A program made the position numbers and the translations under genes. From the NCBI RefSeq assembly GCF_964355755.1, contig NC_092675.1:10349812-10413811 (forward strand): DNA of 64,000 nucleotides. The letters run 5' to 3'. Below are positions 12,801-26,717 of this stretch, piece after piece. Positions within the stretch are counted from its first letter, which is position 1. Each line of letters starts with the position of its first letter. This stretch comes from Antedon mediterranea. Lineage: Eukaryota; Animalia; Echinodermata. The notes under the pieces are model-generated. The model had not been told where the DNA came from, did not search any database, and worked only from the letters and a program-made list of their open reading frames with translations.

Positions 12801-15800
12801 CATAAGGACCTGGTAGGGTAATACGATACAAAATGATATCAAGCAAATGTTATTAACACACTTTAGTGGTAAATTTAACTTAAATTTTTCTTTCTAGAAA
12901 CAAGTTAAAATCAATTAAGCTATTGTTAAACTTTTCAATTGTTGCAACGCATCAACAACAACCAGTCTGTTTTAGCTTCAACGCCACAAAACACCACTGA
13001 AGTGAATAAAGAAAAAACCTATAATTTTCTTTTAAGAGACGAGTATGAAACGTAATCTTTATATATATATTGTTATATTTTACTGATCAATCAGAATTTG
13101 TGTATTTACGATATTATTTTCCGAAAATTCGTATATCAATTTAACAAGAAAAAACTAATACTTATCGTTATATTTGAAAAGAAAATCAACGTTCGGTAAT
13201 TACTACCAACTAATCACAATTAAGTGAATTAACGCAAATGATGGCATATTTTGCAACCGTAAAGTTAACTTACATTACCTGCTCTACCAATATACAAAAT
13301 GATATAATAATAGCCTATTAGAAAATGACATTGGGATCCCGATGAAATCGCACCAGAATTTTATCATCCCAAAGTTGTATCCCATCAGGATTCCTCCGCA
13401 TCTCAGTTTAATTTTGATCATTTCGATCATAGGTTTATAATACATTTTTAGTTATCCGCACCTTGCCAGATAACTCCTTATGATTGTATGACATCATCAA
13501 CATTTTTTTTTTGGTTAACCCTTGTGATTGTCAGGATCTTTTTTTTGGTTATCCACACCTGGCGGATAACCCCTTGCCTTGTCATGATCTTTTTTTCTTA
13601 TCAACATGAGATTGTATAGCTTGGTCAGAAGATTGTACATGTGCAAGAAACTTTGTTATATGACATTGCAGCGCAAGTTACGCGCATTTTTATTAATTTT
13701 TTTTTTGGTTGCTCATAAATTCTGAGCCAAAAATTATTTTTCAATGAAAGTTTACGTAAGTGTATTTTTTTTTTATTTTTTTTTTTTTTGCCTCTTCACC
13801 TACAACATTTATTCAATATTTTACAAAGTTTATGGGTTAAGATACACAGAAGCCAAAGTGGCTTGTCTTTGTAGTCCTAAGCATAAACATAAAACATATA
13901 TACGGACGCATTACATTAACAAAAAAGGACATTTTGAGACAGAAAAAGAAAAAAACACAAACACAACAAAGTGATATTAAGCTAAATGTTTACAACCCCA
14001 ATTTTGCAGTAGCAATAGTAGCTAGCAATATGTTTCAAATATCATCTTTTTAATATTGTACTTTAGCATAGGGAGCGAGGTCATGTGATTTTGTTCTAGA
14101 GTAGACTGGAGTTTATTCCAGTAAGTTGGTCCTTCAATAAAAATTGATCTTTTATTAATTTCTAGTCTACTGTGTGGAATATATATCTTATTTGCGTTTC
14201 TTAATGTCTTTAAGCGATCAGTTTTAGGGTTTAAATCAATCAAGTTGTTTATAGGGATGGGAAGTTCCTGGAGATGATATTTGAACATAAAGCATGCAAT
14301 TTGAATTTTATTTATATCGTATATATTTAACATTTTTAAACTTTGTAATAGTGGTTTGGAGGCTGTTCTCATCGGTGAGTTTGTAATCATTCTAGCTATA
14401 CGTTTTTGAGATATTAATTTATGTATTTTTTCTAAGTTTGTTGGATATTCATTTCCCCATATTAAATTGCAGTAATAGAGGTGTGGTAAGCTAAACGCAT
14501 TGTACAAATTTAAAAGAATATGTTTAGGAAAGTTTTACCTTGTAGATGATACCAATGGATTTAGCGATTTTATTTGAGATGCAGTTTATATGGGGTTTCC
14601 AACATAAATGTTCATTTATGTATTCCAAGAAACATCCTGTTTGTTCTCTTTGTAATATTGAATTGTTAATTTGGATTTGGGAAGTAATTTCAGGGATCTT
14701 TTTTTGCCGAGGTCTAAAAATAATGTAGTTAGTCTTATCGATATTTAAAATAAGTTTGTTTGTCATAAACCATTTATTAATTTTTGAAAGTTCAATATTT
14801 AATGTGTCTATAAGATTGTTTATATTATTATCACTCATGAAAACAGTGGTATCATCCGCAAAGGAAATCACGTTTATTTTATCACTTACTCTAATAATAT
14901 CGTTAACATAGATAAGAAATAACTCCACATTTAATATGTTGGAGTGATGATTTGGTTTGATTTATTTGTACAAGTTGTTTTCGTTCTTGTAAATAGCTTT
15001 GAATCCATTTGTAACCAGTTCCTCGTATATAATAGTGATGTATCTTTTTAAGCAAAATATCATGATTCATTACCTCGAATGCCTTTGATAGGACCATAAA
15101 TACGCTAATTAGGTTATATGCATGATATGCATATAACCTCTTGATTCTGTCAAAATCTTTATTTATTTATTTATTTATTCTTTCCTTAGCACTATTTTGT
15201 CCGTGAATTATCTTGGCATCAGTTTCATCTAGCTAAGTCAAGTTTTCAGAGTATATTCCTTATGGCCAGGAATCGATGTGGTTATATTTTCACGATGCGC
15301 AATCAAAAATTACGCGGTCTACGCGCGATTTTACGAAATCACATTTGTAATCATATCTTCACAAGCATGAATCACAATTAAACAAAATTTGGTACTCATA
15401 AATTTCAGGTCATATTTCATCATATGGCAATACAATTACGTGCGTAGCGCATATAACGCTTGCGTACGCGCGCTTAAAATGTTCAAAATTGTCAAAATTT
15501 ATTTTCGGTGAAATTAGAGCACGTTTCAGGCGATTTTAAGCGTTTAAAAAATTGCCATGAGTGCGCAGATTTTTGCACGCGCACTGCGCATTAAACGTTA
15601 ATGCTCACTCTTTTTACCCGATTTCTGTTTTACAATCTTTCTTTAATAATATCATCATATTTGATTCAGGTTTCAACTCGAAATTGCGTTATACGAGCAC
15701 GTCAAAAGTGACTGGCTACGCACGTATAAGTTAACAAAATGGTGAAAATATGCTAAATTTTAAAATTAATATATATCGTCAGAATGCAGGGGAACACCTA

Positions 15801-18579
15801 TTTTTTATTTCATTTTCTTGAAGTGTATGTATCATATGTATGATTTATTATCAAATTAAGAGAACAAAAGTTGATTAAGTCATCATTAATTGCATATTAA
15901 ATTTAAAAAAAATAATTTCGACAATCAAACAAATTATGACATTTTCTTAGGCCAAAATAACAAACTTAACATTAACTTTCTTCCTTCAAAAGTTCATATA
16001 TTAAAGTTAAAAGTATGTAGTTTGACAGTGCATCATTTGTTTACATTTTAAAGATGTCATTATAGTAAAACATTATAATTCATTTCGGTATGTAATAATC
16101 TATTTGCACCGAAGTGGTTACTGCATAGTAAATACACGGAGGAATTTTTCTACAACTTTTAGTCAGTTGTGTATGGCTCGATGGTCTGTGCTCGTGTCTA
16201 TGGCATTCAAGGTACCGAGATCGAGTCTCACCTTGGGAAACGAAATAAGATTTTTTTTTATTATCCGTATTGTTTGTTCAAATTTATTTCTTAGTGTATA
16301 GATTATACACATGATTTATAATGAAATCTAGATAAAAATTAACTTATGTCTTTATTATTATGTAACAACAAATGTGGTTTCTGACATTATACGCATATGG
16401 ATCTTTGATCGGATTGTGATACCGGCTATGGTGTTCGCGTTAGCAAGGTCCTATCATATATTATAAATAATTAAAGATTCTGAGAAAATCAATCAATCAA
16501 TATATCTTTTAAAAATCAATTATCTTTATTTAAATCAATGCATATAACCTATAATTCGTCATAGTGACGAATTAAATCTAGTTAAGTATTTCTTGTTCTC
16601 GAAAGATGTGATTATGTGTTTTGTTAGTTCAAGTATGGCGTGGGATGTTGAGTGCTTAGCTCGAAATCCGTATTGGTAGGGGTTTAAGAGTGCATATTTC
16701 GTTAAGTAAGTGTATAGTTTATTATACATTGCTCTTTCAAGGATATGGGATAGGACTGGAAGGATCACATCCCACGTCTTTTTGTGGTTGCCTTTTGATT
16801 GGGAGAATTTATGAGAATAGTATTTTCTTATTATAAAATCATTTATTTTATCATTTTTATCATAATGAATAAGGTTAATATTAAAATCGCCCATGATGTG
16901 ACATATTTTGTTTTCCGAATTTATTTTGAATAGGAGATTCTCAATTTCCTTGGCGAATTCATCGACAGAGAGGTCAGGTGCTCTATATATTATTCCAATG
17001 ATAGTATTTTTATTTTTGTTTGGTATTTCTATAAATAAGCTTTCACAAATATCATTGATATATAGATGTGCAAGAAACTTTGTTATGACTTTAGAGAAGC
17101 TCAACGTAAGTTACGCGCAATTTTATGAATTTCGCGTATTTAACATAGATCGAAAACCATATAACAATTTTAATTGAAACTTAGCAAAAGTGTAATTTAT
17201 ATCATGTGCTTATACTTTCTTACTTGGGAAACTGGCTATAATAAAAAGCAAGTTATTTCAATAAATAATAAACTTCATATCATTGATTGAAACATAGGCC
17301 TAGCCCTACTGGCGCTAGTTCCGTTTCGCATCTGTCGTTTATTTCGACTCAAAATTTGTTAAGTAACTTTATCGTGACGTACCACACCTTAGAAATAGGC
17401 CTCAAAAATACTTTTACGAAGGAGATCACACAAAAAGTAACAAATAAATCCTTTAAATTTATGAATTTACAGACGTGTTTCTCGCACATCGGTTCGTGAA
17501 TTTCGCATACTCCATGTTCAATGTTGTTGTTTCTATGGAGCGCCAAAAGAGCAATCATAATAGAGGGCTAAAAACTCAGTATAACGCGTATATTTAATGC
17601 AAAATTACGTTAAATTTTACCATAGTTTGTCAATGTCAATGCAACAAAAATGTTACTGTTGATACTGTACATGGTTTTCGCAGGAACTTTTATTCTTCAT
17701 CATATTACATGTACTGTAGGTTTATACCTTAATAATCTAAATAATATTCCTCTTAGTCTTAGGCCTATAGGCTAGGTAGTGACGCTGATTTAGGCCTACC
17801 TAAGGTTGGTTGCTATTTGAAAACAGCACGTTATTAGCAGTAAAATGTTACAGCATTTTTATTGACAAAATATATTAAATTAAAAAGTGTATTTCAATAA
17901 TAGATGCATTAAAAGAAGACGCATTCCACTGAGTTTTTAACCATCTATTGTTGTTGCTCTTTAGGCGCTCCATAGAAACGAAAATATTGAACTTCGAGTA
18001 TGCTAGGCTAGATTCGCGAACGGTATGCGAGAAACATGTCTGTAAAATCATCAATTTAAAGGATTTATTTGTTACTTTTTATGAGATTCTTCTTCATATA
18101 AGTACTTATGAGGCCCAATTCTAAGGTGTGGTATTCACAATAAGTTACTTAACAAGTTTGGAGTCAACAGGAAGTCGAAATAAAAACAGGTGCGAAACGG
18201 AACTAGCGCCTTAATATGCTTAATTTCAAAAGTAATAAACGTATCATCATACTGTAAATGCAATTTACAAAGCCGTCCTCCTAAATAGGCCGAAATGTCT
18301 CGGACCGGAACGAAACGTCTCCTCCCTCGCTAGCCTACACATGCGTCTTTAGTTAGTCTCTAAACTAGGCCTTAAGCCTTACTCTTTTAGGCCTAGGCTA
18401 GGCCTAGGTCTAGCCTAGCTATATTATTAATAAAATCATAATTATATTATTCAGGGCCTATGCCTATGTTTACATAAGCATACTGTAGTAATACTAATAA
18501 AATAAATACAAACCTGATAGCCACAATTAGCATTACATTGTAACACCAGAATTGACACAATTATTATTTTAGGTATCAT
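6763..18579 (-). CDS. MAN2B1: Lysosomal alpha-mannosidase (GH38), 5' part of spliced gene; 11 coding exons in window, 3' exons presumably left of position 1
   Basis: Exons (minus) 18579-18514, 12646-12544, 11562-11389, 11152-10959, 10115-9909, 9285-9214, 8986-8870, 8432-8232, 7637-7583, 7215-7176, 6832-6763 all have AG/GT ends and join in frame (1299 nt). Motifs: signal peptide+[36 protein letters not shown] (nucleophile Asp), [19 protein letters not shown]. Confidence 0.95.
7176..7215 (-). CDS. MAN2B1: MAN2B1-like exon 10
   Basis: [13 protein letters not shown] (metal-binding His motif). Confidence 0.9.
7583..7637 (-). CDS. MAN2B1: MAN2B1-like exon 9
   Basis: [18 protein letters not shown], phase fits neighbours. 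Confidence 0.85.
8232..8432 (-). CDS. MAN2B1: MAN2B1-like exon 8
   Basis: [13 protein letters not shown]...KSDDLFPY...[24 protein letters not shown]. Confidence 0.93.
8870..8986 (-). CDS. MAN2B1: MAN2B1-like exon 7
   Basis: [39 protein letters not shown]. Confidence 0.92.
9214..9285 (-). CDS. MAN2B1: MAN2B1-like exon 6
   Basis: [24 protein letters not shown]. Confidence 0.9.
9909..10115 (-). CDS. MAN2B1: MAN2B1-like exon 5
   Basis: [15 protein letters not shown]...[19 protein letters not shown]. Confidence 0.93.
10959..11152 (-). CDS. MAN2B1: MAN2B1-like exon 4
   Basis: [16 protein letters not shown]...[18 protein letters not shown]. Confidence 0.94.
11389..11562 (-). CDS. MAN2B1: MAN2B1-like exon 3
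   Basis: [17 protein letters not shown]...[13 protein letters not shown]...VNE. Confidence 0.93.
11770..12490 (+). mobile_element. Degenerate CR1/L2-type RT fragment interrupted by a ~200-bp MITE (12141-12341)
   Basis: [19 protein letters not shown] remnants; MITE has TTGTCTTTTA/TAAAAGACAA inverted ends and GTATTAA direct flanks. Confidence 0.6.
12544..12646 (-). CDS. MAN2B1: MAN2B1-like exon 2
   Basis: [38 protein letters not shown] flanked. Confidence 0.93.
13765..17056 (-). mobile_element. CR1/L2-clade LINE (endonuclease remnant + RT, poly-A tail), split by an insertion
   Basis: [43 protein letters not shown]; A-tail at ~13765-13790. Confidence 0.88.
15110..16582 (+). mobile_element. 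Non-autonomous Helentron-type element (HINE/DINE-1-like)
   Basis: 5' subTIR AGGTTATATGCAT 15111-15123, adjacent IR 15127-15139, (TTTA)n microsatellite, 3' subTIR 16538-16550, hairpin AATTCGTCA-TAG-TGACGAATT, TT target; excision restores LINE frame KYLISVF. Confidence 0.8.
17311..18210. mobile_element. Foldback MITE with ~330-bp imperfect inverted arms
   Basis: GGCGCTAGTTCCGTTTCGCA... / ...TGCGAAACGGAACTAGCGCC; TSD not clean. Confidence 0.8.
18514..18579 (-). CDS. MAN2B1: MAN2B1-like coding exon 1 (signal peptide)
   Basis: [22 protein letters not shown] followed by GT donor; joins exon 2 to give CGYQSC. Confidence 0.8.
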
Positions 18580-19418
18580 TCTGTTATTTTTTTGCTGGTC
18601 ATGTGTGTGAAATCATATGATGATATTATGAATGAGTACAGTCGAGTACGGTGTGTGAGGTGTCCCAGATTTAATATTAGGAATATGACACTTTAATAAT
18701 ATTACCACACCAAATAATAAACGTGAGACACAATTCCAAGGGCGCCTCGCACGTCGAGTAGAGAAACGGAAAGTAAATTTACTTGGTTACCAGTGTAGAA
18801 TAATTATATGACTGAAAATTAAGGGTTAGGGTTAGGGTTATAATCATAATTGTATTATTGAGGCCTATGCCTATTTTTTCATAAGCATATAGTAAACTAA
18901 TAAATACAAACCTGATGACCACAATTAGGCAGTATTACACCAGAATTAACACAATTTAGCTTTCTACTTAGTTATAATATATCTGTATTTTATTGTTAAC
19001 CGTTTTTGATGTTGTATTGTTTTGTTTCAAACCTGTTAGTGGCGGTAATTATCGGTGTTGGTTTTGATTGAATAAAAAAAAAAGAAAAAATAATGCAAAA
19101 TCATAATAATGCCAGAATGACAATTGTGCATCTCTATTTACTCCAAACTACATGCACTCAGTCTCTTTAGTTTCAAAATTGGATCAAAATGAAACTAACC
19201 AATAACAATCAGCTCATTGAAAGATCGTTCGATTAAACACAACTAACTGCAGTAGAACATTTTGTATTCAAAACATAATAAATAAACAAATAATAATATT
19301 TGCCAATCTAAAATGCCTAAAATAATTATATTGATGATAAATAGAAAAAAAAACAATGCCAACTGAAATCCAACGTTAATTTAACGTTGAAACATCGGTA
19401 TCAACGCACATAAAAACA

Positions 19419-21520
19419 TAATAATAATAATAATAATAACACTAATAATGATAATAATAATAATAATAATAAATAATAATATATTTATACAGGATAAAAC
19501 AATCAGATAACAGTGTATCTATTTTACATTGTGGTCCTGTCTTAATCAAAATATGCAAAAGAGAAACTTAATTAAATATAATACAGTCATGTTTATGAAA
19601 AGAAATGAGATTTGTATCTAGCCTTAAAGGACGTAATTGTTGGTGCCGATTTAATATTAATTGGTAAACTGTTCCATATTTTTGCGCCTGCAACTTTAAA
19701 GGACGACTTCATTTTACTAAGGGTGTATTTGGGTATTGTTATATTCAAATTTTCTACTCCACGTGTTAAGTGGGTGTGAATATCGCGAATCAATTCAATT
19801 TCTTTTACTAAAGTTGGTGCCAGGCCGGCTGTAAACACATTTATACATTAGACATGCTAGGGAGAAATCTCGTTTCTCTTCAAGAGTTTGCCACGACAGG
19901 TTTTGGATGATGTTGTCACCCCTTACATTAATATAATCAAAGTTGTTTGTTACAATTCGAGCAGCTCTTTTTTGATGTCGCTTTAAAATATTTTTGTTTA
20001 ACTCTGTCGTATTTCCCAAGACTGTTATAGCATAATCACTACAAGGCTGAATTGTACTTATATATAGAGTTTCTAGTAACGGTTTACTTAAACTACTAGC
20101 CATTTTACCTAGCATTGTTATTTTATATCCAATATTTTTACTAATACATTGAGTATTTTGTTTCCAAGTTAACATTTCATCGATTACGACTCCCAGATAC
20201 CTTATACTATCAACTTGTTCTAATTTACTGGTTCCAATTTGTATATTTAAATCATTACTGTAAGCTGTATGATTGTTTCTTAGTAACATAACCTTTGTTT
20301 TTTCAGTATTTATAGAGACTTGGTTGTCATCATACCTTTTACCAATATAATCAATAATTATTTGTAATGAATCATTTACTATCTTAGCAGTATCATCTGA
20401 GGTGTAAACCACAACATCATCAGCAAAAACGCTGCAAGTTCCATTTAGGCCTACTATAGACTGCGAAATATCATTTATGAAAATGAGAAACAAGATGGGT
20501 CCCATGACACTTCCTTGTGGAACACCAATATTGATTTCTTTAAGTGTAGATTTGTTATTGTTACAGTACACAAACTGTTTTCTGTTTTTAAAGTAATTAC
20601 TAAACCAGTAAGCAACATTTTCATGAAAACCATATTTTTAAAGCTTAAATAGCAAAATTGAGTGATCTATCGTGTCAAAGCACTTGGATATATCTAAGAA
20701 ACAAGCGCCGACGACCTCTGAGTCATTCAATTTCTAACCAATCATCAAATACTCTGTGCAAGCATGTTACAGTAGAATGGTTTTTCAAAAAGGCAAATTG
20801 ATCAATGTTAATTAAATCAAACAAACTAAGAAAAGAAATGATTTGTTCCTGAACCACTCTCTCGATAATCTTTGCGATATGAGCAACGACAGATATTGGT
20901 CTGTAGTTGCTCATACTGTCTTTACTACACTTTCCTCTTTATATATAGGAGTTGTCCTTGCTACTTTCCAATCAGCTGGGACAAGACCAGACATGAGAGA
21001 GAGTTCACAATATGACACAATGGATAAGCAATGTATGGTGCTGCTAACCTTAAAAATTTACTATCAAAATCTAGAACATCTAAATTTTTTTCGGGCAAAT
21101 TAATTATAAAGCTTCCTTTTAATGGTATTTACATCAACATTTATAAAATTAAAGGAATATTCACTAGGTGGATTATTCCAACTTGGCTACGTATCGTCAA
21201 ATGACTGCGCCATCTTAATTCCTATGTTGGTAAAGTATTCATTAAAATGTTCGCAATCAATAGTTTTACTAATGTTAGATTTCGTTTTACCAGTTAGTTT
21301 ATTTAGCTCGTTCCACATTTTTTGGGGATTATTTTAAAATTTTATATTTACGTTATTAAAATAGTTATACTTTGCTTTCTTAATGTTAGTGTTAACCAGA
21401 TTTCTAAGTCTTCTATACTCAGTTTTTAATCCTGGATTATTAACATTTACTTTGCTTTTGGTATAATCTTTTTTGTACATTAACTAATTTCAGGAGTTAT
21501 CCAGGGAGAGAATCATATAA
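19419..21520 (-). mobile_element. CR1/L2-clade LINE RT fragment with (ATT)n tail
   Basis: SNYRPISVV, DISKCFDT, GVPQGSVMGP, FADD, YLGV, AKIWNSLP. Confidence 0.88.
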
Positions 21521-24500
21521 CATATAAATAATAACGTTGTAAACATGTCAATTTAACACAAAAAAACATTATTAAATAGTTTATCCATCCTGTAATTGGC
21601 GAGTTACGGTACTTGCTGTTAGATGAATAAAAAAAACAAACGTAAAGTGGTTTTAAAATACAACATCATTTCAACTGTTATTCAACGTTGAAAGCAAGAT
21701 GTCACTCATCTATATATATAAATTTACGTAAGGGCAAAATTCGGTAAATCGCGCGTTACGTCTAGAATTTTTACTCGAATGAAGTTGGTTCATAGTATGT
21801 TAGGCACTGATTTTAACCACCTAATATAACCCTGTTTACTAATTAAGCTGAGTTAGATAATTAGTTATTGACAATTAAAACGAATTGAGGTTCAACGATT
21901 TGCCCCAAGAAATATAGGTATTTTCCGATCGTGGTATACACTGCCAAATGGATGTCGATGCCGAAAAATACCCGCACACAATGATACGAGTGTGCTTCGC
22001 ATTTAACTATCTCCACGATAATTGTTTTTAATAACTGAAAATTGGTTAAATAGCTCGAGTACAGCATCATCATAATTTTGAAGACAAGCCGATTTGATAG
22101 ATACTATTTTGATTGAATATACGTTTATAAACACGTATTGCTTGGCGATGAATGGAACATTCTCATCTCTCTTCCACAAGTGTGTATTCCTCCTTCAGTC
22201 GTAATAACACAAAAGCAAGTAGGCCTACCCTACACTCATAACAGAAATTCGATCTATTTTTTTCAATCAGTGACTGCAGAGGTGGGATATAGGTATTTTA
22301 TAAACAGATAATGAGCTATAGCGTTTTCAGTCGCCGTCTATGTACAATAAACTTTATTATTGCAGTTCAACCACCACTCCACATCACCACCCCTCCCCTC
22401 AATGTCATGATCAGTAGCGTTGTAAATCCAGTAGTTCCAATTCTTATTTCAATTGATCAGACAGAAAATATACAATTATATGTAACACTGAAAATGCTAA
22501 TACCAGTAAAACCGCTGTTATCACATAACTTTCTATAAGGGCCCGTTTAGACATAGTATTTACTCGAGTTAAAGTTGCTTTCATAAGCACAGTTAATTAC
22601 CGCAAGTTGGAGGCTAGGAACGAACTTACGCGTGTAAATAACTAAGTAGGCCTACCGTATAAACTGGCTCACCAAGATACTAAACAAATTAGGATAGGCC
22701 TATAGTACGAAGGATCACATGCCCTATTACGCAGAACAACTTTGGTGGGTAGGAACCAACTTAAGTATGAATTGGCTCTAGGAAACAATTGAAAATAATT
22801 AGGCCTACTAATTAAGTTGAGTTAATAATAAAGATAATTATTTATTGACGATTAAAGCGATTATGATTTGCCCCGAATCGAGGTGTTTTTCACAAACTGT
22901 TTTACATTAGGGGTATATAAACACAAATACAGATATACTATTGCCGACCGTTGCTTCTCAACGTTTGTATTACTGTAAAATATAAACGTCGTAGTGGTGT
23001 ATCGTTACATGTACTTTACTATTTCAATCAACTATGACAGTTTCAACAAAGTATTAAATCTCAATGTTTTACTTTGTTTGGTGGTAAATTACTAATTACT
23101 AATTTTGTAAAACATGAAAACAATTCAAAATTATCGGTTATAATATGTCAAAGGCCAAAATTAGGGGTTTATTGAAAGTTTCATGATTTTTATTATAATA
23201 GAATATATGGCCAATTTGTTGACCAGGGGGTCAGAAAAGTTGCCCATTAGAGTGAATAGAAATAATATTGGTATTGTAAGTAGTTTGTCATAAAAAAATA
23301 TTTCAATACACCCAGTAGTTACCAAGTTACGCAGTGTTAACCTAGACCATTTTTATCTTTTGGCCCCTGCTGACCAAGTATCTGGATAGAGGGTGCAGTG
23401 AAATCCTTTCTGGTCCTCTTATGTTTTGTGGTTTCACATACTGTAAGATTAATATGATTGTTGATATTTGTTAATGCTTTAAACGGTTTAATTAATGACT
23501 GAATGTTTGCCGTGAAGATTTACTGTATGTTATATGCTAAATGGTATAAGCTAGGTTATTTTATTAAAATGATTCTTTTCTGTATGTATTATTCTAATAA
23601 TAATGGAATTGAATGAGACTTTCAGAGGAGTTTATGAATAAACTATTTCACCTCAAACGTTTAAACAGTGGTACAGTATATCTACTCATTTGGCTGACCG
23701 GTGTGCTTTCATCTGTTCTTTCTCTACAATGAGCAATAAATAAACGGGGTCTTATTGGTTACATTCAGCATGTTACTCTAATTGACCATTCTTGTGATCA
23801 AAGCTAAATCTTTCAATGATGTTAAGGCAAAACCCAGAAATGTTATGGGAATATATAAAAATAAAAATTAAAGAATTCTCCATAAAATATTGTGTAAAAA
23901 AAGAAAAAACGAAAAATATTCAAAAAGAAATATTGACCAAAGAAGTAAAAATACTAACTAATCAATTAGATATCAGTTATGATGAAGACAAGACAAAGAA
24001 CTTTAAAATCAAAAGATCTCGAGAAAATATACCAAATTGAAGCACAAGGTGCCAAGATAAGATCCAGAATAGAATGGTTTGAGAACGGAGAAAAAACACC
24101 ACATTTTTTTTGCGGTTAGAAAAAACAATGCAAAGAGAAAACATATTACTGTTATAAAAACGAAAAATGGTAAATATACCTCTGATAAAGAAGACATTTT
24201 AAAAGAACATGTTCTTTTCTATGAACAGTTATATGAAGACAAACAGATGAAAATAGAAAATATAAAAGATTACCTAGAAAATACAAATGTGAACACACTT
24301 TCACAATGTGATTCTGCAAAATGTGATGGAATCTTTCTAGAAAAAGAACTCACGAACGCATCTAAATAAAAGTCCAGGATCGGATGGATTAAGCGTCGAA
24401 TTTTATAGAACCTTCTGGAATGAAATTAAACACATTTTACGAAATTCTTTAAATTATAGTTACAATCAAAATAAATTATCCAGCTCACAGCGAGTAGGAA

Positions 24501-26717
24501 TAATAAATCTAACATTCAAATCAGGTGAGAGAGAAATTTTTTACAATTACTTTACGTAGATTATAAAATTATGGCACACGCCCTTTCTAACCGAATGCAC
24601 GACATTACATTATTGGTTTGATAATAAGCAACGACCAAAAAGCATATATAAAAGGAAGGGTCGGCGGAGAAAATATTAGACTAGTGGACGACTTACTAAA
24701 TTTTACAAAAGATAAATATACCTGGTGCAATGATCTTTCTTGATTTTGCTAAGGCTTTTGATTCCATAGACAGAAAGCTAATGCTTAAAACACTTGAGAA
24801 ATTTGGCTTCGGCAAATCGTTCATAAAATGGATTAACTTAATTTATACTGATACACGATGTAAAGTGATAAACAATGGTTGGGTCTCCGAGAGCTTCAAA
24901 ATGAATTGCGGAGTTAGACAAGGGTGTCCACTGCCTTATAATTTATCTTAGTTGCCGAAATTATGACAATAAATATAAGAGCGAATCTACTCTGCAAAGG
25001 CATCACACTACCAAGTAGAGAAAATTATGCAGATAAAATTGTTAAAATTGCCCAATTAGCAGATGATGATACTGTAAATTTCACGCGTGATGGACATAGC
25101 TTAAAATATTTTTGGGATGAAATTCAAAAATTCTGTGATATATCAGGCTTGAAATTAAATTTAAAAAAAACAAATGGCATTTGGATTGGATCAAGCAGAT
25201 TTCTTGATTCCTCTCCGTATAATATTTTATGGACAAAAGAACCAATTAAATTCTTAGGAATTTACGTTGGTTGCGACAAAAAGTTGTGTGAAAAAAAGAA
25301 TTGGGACGATAAAATTGTTAATTTGAAAAAAACTTTACAGTTTAACTGTAAAGTTTTTTTCAAATTAAATGGAAAAAAGACATTTATCTTTCTTTGGAAA
25401 AATAATAATAATTAAAACTCTAGCTTGATCTAAGCTCATTTACAATGCTAGTGTAATAAATGTACCAACATATATCTTTCCTATTGTTGAAAAGGAAATT
25501 TATAATTTTTTATGGAGCGGAAATAGAGAAAAAATTAAAAGAACAACACTTATGAGAAAACAAGTATGTAACATTGGATGGCAAATCAAGGTACTTCTGC
25601 TCCTGGTTAAATTCTGGTATCAAAACAATCAATGATATAATAATTGTTGATATTGAACTAATAACATGTCAAAGGTTAATTCCAATGTTATGTAATAAAA
25701 AAAACGGGTTAATTGAATACGTTGCTGTTATCAATGCCATACCGCATCAATGGAAAACAATTGTTAAAACACCGAATGTTGAAGATGAAATAGGTAAAAC
25801 CTTAGACGTGCTTACATTCTATAAAAAAAATAAATCATCTCCGTTTTTTATAGATATCTTATTAATAGTAAAGTCTCTATCCCAAGATCACAAGTGAAAT
25901 GGGAACAGGAATTTGGTGTCGATTTAAATTGCCACACAATATGGTGTAATAAAGTTTTAAACACCAAACATATTGTAAAAGTTGCCTAATTCAATTTTTT
26001 AAAGTTAAACATTGTTACACAGAATTATAGAATGTAGAAAAAAATTAAAACTATGGAAATTAGCTGATAGTGATAATTGCCAAAAATGTAAAATAGAAGT
26101 AGAAAACGAAAAACATATGCTTTATACATGTAATACAATTCAGTCAGTCTCGATTCAATGTTTTCCTGTTAACGAAACACAACACAACTTTTCAAGTTGG
26201 ACTAGTATAGTTACTGGAAATACAAATAGCAAACTCATCAATGAATTAATTTCTGTTTTTTGTTTTTCAATATGTAAATCATGTATAACATATAAAATAA
26301 CGTTGAAAAACGAAAACGTACAAAAAACAATATGGAACCTACACAGAATAGAACTTTTTAATTTAATTAAAAATGAATACGCATGTAACATTATCAATGC
26401 TAGAAAAAAAAATGGGCTAACGTCAAAGAAAAACGTCAGAATTTTTTCAGTAAACTTTAATGGAAATAAAGTATATTGTCTGTATGTATACGTATATTAT
26501 ACTGTACTTTTAATTTGTGTATATACATTTCCATTTTATTACTTGACGGTTTTTATAGTTGTTTTTAATGCCCGTGTATATAGGTCTAATGTATTATATT
26601 TGTGTATATTTTTTATCGTTCTTGGTTTTAATGTTACTTTTATGCATATGTGTATGTATTGTACGGGTATATATGTGTGTATGTATATATATAATTGATA
26701 TATATATATATATATAT

